Positions 20,446 through 28,917 of a DNA stretch of 64,000 nucleotides are shown one piece after another. Positions within the stretch are counted from its first letter, which is position 1. Every line of letters starts with the position of its first letter. A program made the position numbers and the translations under genes. The notes beneath the pieces were generated by a model. The model did not search any database. It was not told the DNA's origin and saw nothing but the letters and a program-made list of their open reading frames with translations. Origin of the DNA: Candidatus Marinacidobacterium sp. (GTDB taxonomy: Bacteria; Acidobacteriota; Vicinamibacteria; Marinacidobacterales; Marinacidobacteraceae); assembly GCA_965250045.1 (NCBI GenBank), contig OZ252286.1, positions 434,355 through 498,354 on the forward strand, written 5' to 3'.

Positions 20446-20715
20446 GTGCGGACGACACTGACGATCGAGCCGGATGTCGCGATCGAGATCGACAGACGGC
20501 GACGGGCCTCCGGAAGCTCGCTGAAGCGGGTCATCAATGGCCTGTTGCGGAAGGGGCTGCGGGCCGAGGCGGAAGCTCCGACTCCGTCACCCTATCGGTC
20601 GGAGACTTTCGATCTGCAGTTCCGCCCCGGAATAGATTCACTGAAACTGAACCAGCTCGTGGACGAGCTGGAAGTGGAATCGTTTGTGGAACGGGAAGCA
20701 CCGAATCGTCCGTGA
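20446..20715 (+). CDS. vapB: VapB-family antitoxin
   Basis: GTG start. 89 aa. MRTTLTIEPDVAIEIDRRRRASGSS... Its end overlaps the downstream PIN gene start by 4 bp. Confidence 0.7.
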   Translation: MRTTLTIEPDVAIEIDRRRRASGSSLKRVINGLLRKGLRAEAEAPTPSPYRSETFDLQFRPGIDSLKLNQLVDELEVESFVEREAPNRP

Positions 20716-21143
20716 TCGTTCCGGACGTCAACCTGCTGAGCTACGCGATCAACCGCAACAGCCCGTTCCACGATCAGGCCCGCGAGTGGTGGGACGCTGC
20801 GGTCTCCGCAGGGATCGTCGCGCTGTGTTGGCCGACCGTGGTCGGATTCCTGCGCCTCGCGACGAATCGCCGCGTCCTGGTGGACCCCCTGCCGGTGGAG
20901 AAGGCGACGGGCATCGTGGACACCTGGCTCGCACAGCCCGACGTCCATCTGTTGGTCCCGACTTCCGCGCACTGGGGCATCCTGGCCAGACTGCTGCGAG
21001 CCACCCAGGTCGGCGGGAATCTGGCCACGGACGCCCACCTCGCCGCCTACGCCATCGAGCACGGCCGCACCCTCGCCTCGAACGACGCGGACTTCGGCCG
21101 GTTTCCGGGGCTACGCTGGCGGAATCCGGTCAGGGCTTCCTGA
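20712..21143 (+). CDS. vapC: VapC-type PIN-domain toxin
   Basis: (M)IVPDVNLLSYAI..., ...LATDAHLAAYA..., ...LASNDADF... Confidence 0.85.
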   Translation: MIVPDVNLLSYAINRNSPFHDQAREWWDAAVSAGIVALCWPTVVGFLRLATNRRVLVDPLPVEKATGIVDTWLAQPDVHLLVPTSAHWGILARLLRATQVGGNLATDAHLAAYAIEHGRTLASNDADFGRFPGLRWRNPVRAS

Positions 21144-21195
21144 CTCACGGCCGGAGGACCGGCACCGCGGAAAGGAATGCGGATTCGGTCGCCGG

Positions 21196-21313
21196 CAAAA
21201 ACCGGACATCGAGTGGCACGACTCAAGAGCCGCCCACCTCCGTTTCCGTTCCCCGGACGGGGTCTCTGCCGGAGAACCGACGGTTGCCGGGAACGACGCC
21301 GGTTGCGAACTGA
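21196..21313. repeat. Diverged direct repeat of the lipoprotein gene 3' end (copy 1 at 20255..20374, about 80% identity)
   Basis: Encodes DIEWHDSRAAHLRFRSPDGVSAGEPTVAGNDAGCELTG, versus the authentic C-terminus DIEWFQSKTAHLRFRSPDGACEGAPTVVCNDSGCELHR. Confidence 0.8.
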
Positions 21314-22070
21314 CCGGGTAACCGCTCTCTGCCGCCGGACCGAACGCCGGGGTGCGGCGGCCGGTCAAGACCGCGTTTTCAGGATCGGTGATGCGCGTTT
21401 GCCGTGAAGATGCAGCCCCGCGCGGGAACCCCAACGGTCCAGATGGTGCCGGCCGCAAGGGAACGCCGACCTCCGGCCAGTTGCTGTGAAAATGCAGTCG
21501 TGACCGGGACGCCGACAGTCCAGATGGCGCATGGGCAAGGGAACGCCGACCTCCGGGCAATTCTCCCGGTGGGGCCCGGCACCGCTGCGCGTAGCGCAGC
21601 GAACGGTGTCTTCACTCAGCTGTAGGGATGACGCCGCACGCCGCGGTTCCCGCCGGAAGCAGGACCACCCCCGAACTGGACGGAGGTTCTTCCCTGCCGC
21701 CCGCCTTCGGCGGGCTGTGCCGACCGGAGGTCGGCGTTCCCTTGCCTGCGCGTCGCTCTACATGGTGGCCTGGGTGCCGAGACGTACACCATCTCGGAAC
21801 TGCATTTTCATGCCCGGCGGGGTGGGCAGGCGGAGCCGATCATGGGGGTTCCTAGCTCTGCGGGCGGCGATGCCGGCCGGAGGTCGGCGATCCCTTTCGG
21901 CGTCACACCAACGGGGAACAGAGGCGGCCCTTAACAAGCCTGTGGTGAAACCCAGGCGGCCCAGTTCTCCCGGTGGGTGCTCCTCCCTCACGCGCCTTGT
22001 CAGCCGGACCCCCACCGGGAGAACTGGGCCTCACCGCTCTCGGCGCTCACCCGGGTTCCACCACCGGCTG
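21314..22070. repeat. Roughly 750-bp noncoding composite of family D, family B (about 21670-21855) and family A (21936-22073) repeat elements
   Basis: The family B unit is about 80% identical to 58031-58215. The family A unit has CAAGCCTGTGGTGAAACCC...GGTTCCACCACCGGCTGCTA ends. Confidence 0.7.
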
Positions 22071-22910
22071 CTATCGGATCAGTTCGAAATCCGGGGCCTC
22101 CGGCACCACCCCCGCGCGTTCCGCCATCGAGAAGAGCACCCGAAGGGCCGCTTCTCCGGAATCTCCCATGTCCCGCGTGAGCGCCGAGACGTACATCTTC
22201 ACGAACCGCCGGCCGAGCTCGCGTTCGAGGCCGCGGCCGAACAGGAGGGCGTAGTCGAGCGCCTCGTCCTCGTTCGCGTAGGCCCAGTCGATGCTCGCCC
22301 GCATCGCGCGGTTCACTTCGATCGCCAGATCGCGGCCCAGGTCGCGCCGCACCACGTCGAGCCCGAGCGGCAACGGGAGTCCGTGCTCCTCCTCAAACCG
22401 GACGCCGAAATCCGAGAGCAGGTGGAACCCGCGCGACGCGTAGGTCAACTGTCCCTCGTGGATGACGACCCCCGCTTCGGCGCGGCCCTCTTCCACCGTC
22501 TCGAAAACCTGGTCGAAGGGCACCATGACCGGTTCGAACTCCCCGATGTAGCACCGGGCGAGCAGGGCCGCGGTGGTGCGAGGGCCGGGGATCGCCACCC
22601 GGCGTCCCTGCAGATCCTCAAGGTTTCCGGCCTTCCGGCTTACCACCACCGGGCCGTACCCCTCCCCCATGCTGGCCCCGCTCGCCATGATCCAGTAGCG
22701 GTCCGCCACCGACAGGTAGGCGTGCGCCGAGATCGCGGTGATCGGAAGCTCGCCGGCGAGCGCCCGGTCGTTCAGGCTCTCGATGTCCTCGAGGACGTGT
22801 TCCACCCGGTAGTCGCGGATGCGCACCGCGCCCTTTGCGAGGGCGCAGAACATGAAGGCGTCGTCAGGATCGGGGCTGTGCCCGATGCGCAGGATGGGAG
22901 GAGGGGTCAC
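22071..22910 (-). CDS. MqnA/MqnD-family menaquinone (futalosine pathway) biosynthesis protein
   Basis: LRIGHSPDPDDAFMFCAL signature. GTG start with AAAGGAA SD. The 27 upstream codons are rejected. Confidence 0.75.
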   Translation of the reverse strand: MTPPPILRIGHSPDPDDAFMFCALAKGAVRIRDYRVEHVLEDIESLNDRALAGELPITAISAHAYLSVADRYWIMASGASMGEGYGPVVVSRKAGNLEDLQGRRVAIPGPRTTAALLARCYIGEFEPVMVPFDQVFETVEEGRAEAGVVIHEGQLTYASRGFHLLSDFGVRFEEEHGLPLPLGLDVVRRDLGRDLAIEVNRAMRASIDWAYANEDEALDYALLFGRGLERELGRRFVKMYVSALTRDMGDSGEAALRVLFSMAERAGVVPEAPDFELIR

Positions 22911-23557
22911 GGACTCGTTCCTTTCTCTGGGGTTGCCGAGGGAAGGACAGAAGTATCCACCCCCAGGCAAGCCGCGGCGCGGGCCACGCACTCATCGCCC
23001 CAATCCATCGCAAGAATGAGATCCGCGACCCCGGCGGCCCCGGCCAGGTAGCGCCGCTGCGCCGGGATCACCATCGTCTCGAACCGGTCCCGGACCTCAG
23101 CCGCCGAATAGCAGCGTTCCGCGCCATCCCTCCGGATGCGCCTTCGGAGAAGCTCATCGAGATCCCCCTCCAGCAGAATCCGGAGGGCGGCCGCCTCCCG
23201 GATCCGCGAATCCCAGAGGGCGAAGACCCCCTCCGCGACCACCAACCGCGTCGGGCCGAGCGAGCCGGCGCTTCGGCGCGCGCCGGTGCCGAAGTCGTAC
23301 CCGAAGCGTGGGACGGACCCACCGGAGCGGAGTGTTTCCAGATGCGCGGCGAAGACGTCGAGATCGTAGGACTCCGGCTCGTCGTAGTTCACGTCGGTAC
23401 GCCGGCTCCGTGACAGATGGGAGGTGTCGCGGTAGTAGTCGTCCTGGGACAGCACCACCGGCTTCAGGGATGGGAACCGCTTGGCCAGCGCCCGCGCGAA
23501 ACGGGTCTTCCCGGTACAGGTCCAGCCCGCGACCGCGACGACCCGGACGTTCGCCAC
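22907..23557 (-). CDS. udk: uridine kinase
   Basis: P-loop AGWTCTGKTRFA. Motifs VLSQDDYYRD, YDEPESYD. Confidence 0.8.
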   Translation of the reverse strand: MANVRVVAVAGWTCTGKTRFARALAKRFPSLKPVVLSQDDYYRDTSHLSRSRRTDVNYDEPESYDLDVFAAHLETLRSGGSVPRFGYDFGTGARRSAGSLGPTRLVVAEGVFALWDSRIREAAALRILLEGDLDELLRRRIRRDGAERCYSAAEVRDRFETMVIPAQRRYLAGAAGVADLILAMDWGDECVARAAACLGVDTSVLPSATPEKGTSP

Positions 23558-23565
23558 GAGGGGAT

Positions 23566-25056
23566 TCAGGATCCGGCGCGATCGGCGTCCAGCGCGCGCT
23601 CGAGTGCGGCCCGCGCCTCGCGGGCGTCCGCCTTCCCCCGGAGTTCCCGCATCGCCAGACCCACGAAGAAGCCGATCACCTTCTTCTTGCCTGCCCGGTA
23701 GGCATCCCGGTCCGCAGGGTGTTCGGCCACCAGCCGGACGGCGATCTCGTCCAACCGGGAGCCGCCGGCCATCTCGGCAAATCCCATGTCCGTCATGAGT
23801 TCGCGGGCGGTGCGTCTGCTGTCACCCATCGCGGCGAAGACTTCCCGCGCGGCGTTCCGCGGCAACTCGTTCGCCACGAGCAGATGCACCAGTTCGCCGA
23901 GCCGTTCCGGCGCTGTCGCCCGCTTCCCGTCCTGTTTCTCGCGGGACGCAACCTCGGTGGTGATCCAGCCCGCCGCTACCGGCGCGGCGTCCTCGAGCGG
24001 CGATCCGGCGGAGGTGGCGGCCGCCAGCGTCGCCTCGTAGTAATCCGCCAATTCACGGCGCGCGGCGATCCGCTCGGCCTGATCGGCGGCGATCCCGTGC
24101 TCGCTCAGGTAGCGGGCCGCGCGAGCGGCCGGGAACTCGGGAAGCCGGAGACGCGACGCAGCGAGCAGCCCCTCCGGTAGTCGAAGCGGGGGAAGGTCGG
24201 GATCCGGGAAGTACCGATAGTCCTCGGCCTCTTCTTTGCTCCGCATGGGCTGCGTGACCCCGCGCGCCTCGTCGTAGAGGCGGGTTTCCTGAACCGCGGT
24301 CCGCCCGGCGGAGAGGAGTTCGCGGTGCCGGCGCTCTTCGTATTCGAGGGCCCGTTGGAGAAACCGGAACGAGTTCAGGTTCTTGAGCTCCACTTTGACG
24401 CCCAGCTTTGGATCCCCCCGACGCCGGACCGAGATGTTCCCATCCATCCGAAGATTGCCCTTCTCCATGTCCGCGTCGGAAACGCCGCAATAGACAACCC
24501 GGCTCCGCAACTCGCGCGCGTAGGCGACCGCCTCGGCAGCCGAGCGCATGTCCGGGTCGCTCACGATCTCGATGAGCGGCACGCCGGCCCGATTGAAATC
24601 CACTCCGCTTCGCCGGTCGGAGCCCGCAAAGCCTTCGTGGACCAGCTTGCCCGCGTCCTCTTCGATCTGGATCCGGTGGATCCCGACCGAGCGGTCTACC
24701 GCCGAGGAACCCGACTCGGCTTCCAGCCGGATGCGGATGGTGCCGGCCATCGCCAGTGGGTGCTCGTACTGGGTGATCTGGTAGCCCTTGGGGAGATCCG
24801 GATAGAAGTAGTGCTTCCGTTCGAAGACCGACTCTTCATTGATTTCGCAGTCCAGGGCGAGCCCAGCGAGAACCGCGAGTTCCACGGCTCTCCGATTGGG
24901 CACCGGCAACGCTCCCGGGAGGCCGTAGCACACCGGACACAGGTGGGTGTTCGGCGGCGCACCGAATTCATTCCGGCAGCCGCAGAACAGCTTGGTCCGG
25001 GTGTCGAGCTGAACGTGCACCTCCAGCCCGATGACGGTCTCAAAGGCGCCGGTCAT
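23566..25056 (-). CDS. gatB: Asp-tRNA(Asn)/Glu-tRNA(Gln) amidotransferase subunit B
   Basis: ETVIGLEVHVQL, CPVCYGLPGALP, YFPDPDLPPL and the C-terminal GatB/YqeY domain. Confidence 0.95.
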   Translation of the reverse strand: MTGAFETVIGLEVHVQLDTRTKLFCGCRNEFGAPPNTHLCPVCYGLPGALPVPNRRAVELAVLAGLALDCEINEESVFERKHYFYPDLPKGYQITQYEHPLAMAGTIRIRLEAESGSSAVDRSVGIHRIQIEEDAGKLVHEGFAGSDRRSGVDFNRAGVPLIEIVSDPDMRSAAEAVAYARELRSRVVYCGVSDADMEKGNLRMDGNISVRRRGDPKLGVKVELKNLNSFRFLQRALEYEERRHRELLSAGRTAVQETRLYDEARGVTQPMRSKEEAEDYRYFPDPDLPPLRLPEGLLAASRLRLPEFPAARAARYLSEHGIAADQAERIAARRELADYYEATLAAATSAGSPLEDAAPVAAGWITTEVASREKQDGKRATAPERLGELVHLLVANELPRNAAREVFAAMGDSRRTARELMTDMGFAEMAGGSRLDEIAVRLVAEHPADRDAYRAGKKKVIGFFVGLAMRELRGKADAREARAALERALDADRAGS

Positions 25057-25111
25057 CGAGCCGGGCTCGCAACCGCGCGCCGGTGACGTGCCCGTACGCC
25101 CGAGAGTCGCA

Positions 25112-26899
25112 CTAACCCGCGTACAAGGCTTCGATCAGGTCGGCGTACCGCTCGGCCACCACCCGACGCTTCACCTTCATCGTGGGCGTCAGCTCCCCAC
25201 TCTCGATCGAGAAGGCCGCCGCTACCACGGCGATCTTCTTGATTCGTTCGAAGGACGCGAGCCCTTCGCTCAACCGGTCGATTTCGGACATGAGGTGCTC
25301 CCGCACCCGGTTGTCGCGGGCCATTGCCTCCGGGCCATCGGCAGGAATTCCCTCGCCTTCGCACCACCTCCCGAGCTGCTCGAAGTCGGGCGCCACCAGC
25401 GCCGAGAGGTACGGCTTGCCGTCCCCGACCATCACCAGTTCCGCGATGTACACACTCGACTTGAGCTTCCCCTCGATCGGCTGCGGCGCCACGTTCTTGC
25501 CGCTGGCGGTGACGAGCAGATCCTTCTTGCGGTCCGTGATTCGCAAGAAGCCGTCTTCGTCAAACGCTCCGACGTCTCCGGTGTGGAACCAGCCGTCCAC
25601 GATCGCCTCGCGCGTGGCTGCGGGGTTGCCGAAGTACCCCTTCATCACGTTGTGGCCGCTGCAGAGGATTTCCCCGTCATCGGCGATCTTCACGTCCACC
25701 CCGCGAATGGGAACCCCCACCGTGCCGAAACGGAACCGGTCGAGACGGTTCACGGTAATCACCGGCGAGGTCTCGGTCAGGCCGTAGCCCTCGATGACGA
25801 CCCAGCCGGCAGCCAGGAAGAACTCCGCAACGTCGGCGGGAAGCGCCGCCCCTCCGGAGATGAAGAGCCGCATGCGCCCGCCCATCCGGGCGTGGAGCTT
25901 GCTGAAGACCAGTTTGGTGGCCAGCCCGTAGCGGATCCTGAGTCCCAGGGACGCCGTGGTTCCTTCCTGGCGATGACGGCCGATTTCATAGCCGGTCGCG
26001 AACGCCCAGTTGAAGATCTTCTGCTTCAGGGGACTTCCGGCGGCGGCTGATTCGAGGACCCGGTCCCGCATCTTCTCGTAAAACCGCGGCACACACGCCA
26101 TCACGGTGGGATGGATCTCCCCGATGTTCTGCACCAGGGTGTCCATGCTTTCGGCGATGGCGATCGTGACCCCGGCGTGCGGATAGAGGTAGTGAGCCAC
26201 CATGCGGGCAAATACGTGGCTGTACGGCAGCACCGAAATCGCCCGATCCTCCGTGGAAAGGGTCAGCGCTTCGTGGGACGCCACGGTGTTCTGGAGGAGA
26301 TTCTGCTGGCTGAGCATCACCCCCTTCGGGTTCCCCGTCGTTCCCGAGGTGTAGATGATGGTGGCGATGTCATCGCCGGAAACCGCCGCGGCGAGGCGCT
26401 CGGCCGCCCCGGAATCCACGCCGCGAGATCCCTTCCCGGCATCCGTCACAACCGACCACGACCGTGCTCCCGAGCCCGCCACTGGAGCGTCGAGAGTGAA
26501 GATCATCTCGACGTCGGGCAGCGAATCCCGGACCTCGGCGATCTTCGCCTGCTGTTCGGCAGAAGAGGCGATCACCGCCCTCGCCCCCGAGTCCCGAATG
26601 ATGTAGGCGGCCTGCGGCGCGGTGAGCGTGGGATAGATCGGCACCGTGACGGCGCCCAGGATCTGGAGCCCCGCCTCGATGGTGAACCACTCCAGCCGGT
26701 TCTCCGAAAGGAGCACCACCCGGTCTCCCTTCTGCACTCCCCGCATCGAAAGACCCACTGCCGCATCCCGTGCGGCGTCGAGCCAGGCCGCGGAAGAGAG
26801 CTTCTTCCACTCCCCCCCCACCTTGTGGAGGATGGCGTCGTCCTTGTTGTGCCGGGCACAGGCGGCGGCAAAAAGCTGGTTGAGAGTCTGCGCTTCCAT
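25112..26899 (-). CDS. long-chain fatty-acid--CoA ligase (AMP-dependent synthetase)
   Basis: IYTSGTTGNPKGVMLSQQNL (AMP-binding), GYGLTETSP, and a C-terminal Lys. Start chosen at MEAQTLNQLF. Confidence 0.85.
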   Translation of the reverse strand: MEAQTLNQLFAAACARHNKDDAILHKVGGEWKKLSSAAWLDAARDAAVGLSMRGVQKGDRVVLLSENRLEWFTIEAGLQILGAVTVPIYPTLTAPQAAYIIRDSGARAVIASSAEQQAKIAEVRDSLPDVEMIFTLDAPVAGSGARSWSVVTDAGKGSRGVDSGAAERLAAAVSGDDIATIIYTSGTTGNPKGVMLSQQNLLQNTVASHEALTLSTEDRAISVLPYSHVFARMVAHYLYPHAGVTIAIAESMDTLVQNIGEIHPTVMACVPRFYEKMRDRVLESAAAGSPLKQKIFNWAFATGYEIGRHRQEGTTASLGLRIRYGLATKLVFSKLHARMGGRMRLFISGGAALPADVAEFFLAAGWVVIEGYGLTETSPVITVNRLDRFRFGTVGVPIRGVDVKIADDGEILCSGHNVMKGYFGNPAATREAIVDGWFHTGDVGAFDEDGFLRITDRKKDLLVTASGKNVAPQPIEGKLKSSVYIAELVMVGDGKPYLSALVAPDFEQLGRWCEGEGIPADGPEAMARDNRVREHLMSEIDRLSEGLASFERIKKIAVVAAAFSIESGELTPTMKVKRRVVAERYADLIEALYAG

Positions 26900-27008
26900 G
26901 GGACCCCTCCCGGCGTTGATCTTATTCAACCGCTCGTGTTCCCGCACCGGGGCCGGCCCGGAGAGTCAGCGAAACGGGCGAAGATTCCCGCGGCTCGGTC
27001 TCCACTCC

Positions 27009-27608
27009 ATGTTCGAACTCGTCTTTCCCGTGGCGCTGTTCGCGGTTTCCATGTCCATCACCCCCGGACCCAACAACGTCATGGTGACCGCTTCGGGGGC
27101 TAACTTCGGATACCGGCGAACGATCCCGCATCTCCTGGGAATCGGCCTGGGATACCCGGCAATGGTCGCCGGAGTCGGTTTCGGGCTCGGGGGCGTATTC
27201 GACGCGGTCCCCGAGCTGCATGCCGTCCTCAAGTACGCGGGCTCCGGCTACATCCTCTGGATGGCCTGGAAGATCGCGACGGCCAGCGGGATCAGCCAGC
27301 TGACGGAACAACCAGGGCGTCCCCTCACCTTCCTCCAAGCCGCCGCCTTCCAGTGGGTCAACCCGAAGGGGTGGGTGGTGGCCGTCGGGGCGATCAGCAC
27401 GTTCACCAGCCTCCAGGGAGACCTCTTGCTCGAGGTCGGGGCGATCACGCTGACCTTCGCGTGCGTGAACTACCCCTGCGCCTCGGTATGGACCCTCTTC
27501 GGGGTAGCGATCGGGCGGCTCCTGAAGCGCGGGAGATGGCTCCGAATCTTCAATATGGCGATGGGACTGCTGCTCGTCACCTCCATCGCACCGCTCTTCG
27601 CCGGCTGA
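27009..27608 (+). CDS. LysE/RhtB-family amino-acid exporter
   Basis: MFELVFPVALFAVSMSITPGPNN is the typical LysE N-terminus. 6 TM helices. Confidence 0.8.
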   Translation: MFELVFPVALFAVSMSITPGPNNVMVTASGANFGYRRTIPHLLGIGLGYPAMVAGVGFGLGGVFDAVPELHAVLKYAGSGYILWMAWKIATASGISQLTEQPGRPLTFLQAAAFQWVNPKGWVVAVGAISTFTSLQGDLLLEVGAITLTFACVNYPCASVWTLFGVAIGRLLKRGRWLRIFNMAMGLLLVTSIAPLFAG

Positions 27609-27739
27609 CCCGAAAGGGCCGCCAGGAGCGGGGGTCCAACGCGGACATCCGTTCTCCTCCGGGCCCCCGGTCGCCCTCCCTCGGGGACATCTCCCCGTCG
27701 GGGGGCGCAACGCCCCGTCTGTTAGGATGCCGGGCTCAT

Positions 27740-28675
27740 ATGAGCATGCCGGACGGGCGCGGGAATTCGGGCGTGAGCCCCGACAACCGTCCTGGCCCTC
27801 AGGTCCCCAAGGGCCTGTTCGTTCGCTGCGACGGGTGCTCGGAGATCGTCTACGGGCGGGCGCTTCGCGAGAACCTCGAGGTCTGTCCGCGCTGTGACTT
27901 CCACATGCGGCTCGGGGCGCGCGACCGCCTCGAGATGCTCGTGGACGAGGGTGTGTACCGGGAGATCTCCGGCGGCATCCGATCCAACGATCCACTCCGC
28001 TTCCGGGACCGGGTGGACTACCGCGACCGGCTCCGCAAGGGCGCCGAAATTACCGGCCTGGACGACGCCATTATCGTGGTGCGCGCCGAGATCGAGCGGA
28101 CTCCGGTGGTCCTCGCGGTCATGGAATACGCCTTCATCGGCGGCAGCATGGGCGTCGTGGTCGGCGAAGAGATCACCCGGGCGGTGGAAACCGCGTGCGA
28201 CGCGCGCATTCCGCTGATCGTGGTCTCCTGTTCGGGCGGCGCCCGGATGCAGGAAGGCGCGCTTTCGCTGATGCAGATGGCGAAGATTGCGTCGGCGCTC
28301 GCCGTACTCGACGACGCGGGAGTGCCTTTCGTCTCGTTGCTCACCCATCCCACCACCGGGGGAGTCACGGCCAGTTACGCGATGCTCGGCGATGTGAACC
28401 TCGCCGAGCCGGGAGCCCTGATCGGTTTCGCCGGCCCCCGGGTGATCCAGCAGACGATCCGCGGCGAATTGCCTCCGGGCTTCCAGCGTTCGGAATTCCT
28501 GCTCCGCCACGGGATGCTCGACCGGGTAGTCCACCGCCGTGAGCTTCGCGGCGTGCTGGGCGGCCTCTTGCGATTCATGTACGAGCCCGCCGGAGCGACG
28601 GCTTCAGCGGAGGAGGACGCCGCCGCCCAGGTGCAGACCGCACCCGAGCCGGCGCTCGTCCGCGCCGTCCGGTAG
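27740..28675 (+). CDS. accD: acetyl-CoA carboxylase carboxyltransferase beta subunit
   Basis: Zinc finger CDGCSEIVYGRALRENLEVCPRCDFH. Motifs GGSMGVVVGEEIT, GGARMQEG. Confidence 0.9.
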   Translation: MSMPDGRGNSGVSPDNRPGPQVPKGLFVRCDGCSEIVYGRALRENLEVCPRCDFHMRLGARDRLEMLVDEGVYREISGGIRSNDPLRFRDRVDYRDRLRKGAEITGLDDAIIVVRAEIERTPVVLAVMEYAFIGGSMGVVVGEEITRAVETACDARIPLIVVSCSGGARMQEGALSLMQMAKIASALAVLDDAGVPFVSLLTHPTTGGVTASYAMLGDVNLAEPGALIGFAGPRVIQQTIRGELPPGFQRSEFLLRHGMLDRVVHRRELRGVLGGLLRFMYEPAGATASAEEDAAAQVQTAPEPALVRAVR

Positions 28676-28698
28676 AGCGGGCGCTCGATCCCGCTCCG

Positions 28699-28901
28699 AA
28701 CAGCCGGTGGACAGAGTCGCGTGGCGTTCGGCCGGCGATCCATCCCGGCTGAACCACGCCGCTTCGCGTTGTTCATCGTTCCGCTGCGGTCGAAATACTC
28801 CCGGGCCAGTTCTCCCGGTGGGGGCTCCTCCCTCGCGCGCCTTGTCAGCCGGGCGCCTCACCGGCCTCGGCACTCACGCCACTTTGCCCACCGGCTGTTA
28901 A
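28699..28901. repeat. Family-A MITE-like element (copy with a degenerate left end) between accD and folC
   Basis: GGCGATCCATCCCGGCTGAACCACGCCGCTTCGCG...GGGCCAGTTCTCCCGGTGGGGGCTCCTCCCTCGCGCGCCTTGTCAGCCGG...CACCGGCTGTTA. Confidence 0.7.
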
Positions 28902-28917
28902 AGCCTGGATCGGTACC

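Noticed and set aside
22078-22095. tRNA-like TTCGAAATCC motif
   Set aside because: It lies inside the mqn coding region. There is no acceptor or anticodon-stem context. No tRNA, rRNA or tmRNA signatures were found anywhere in the window.
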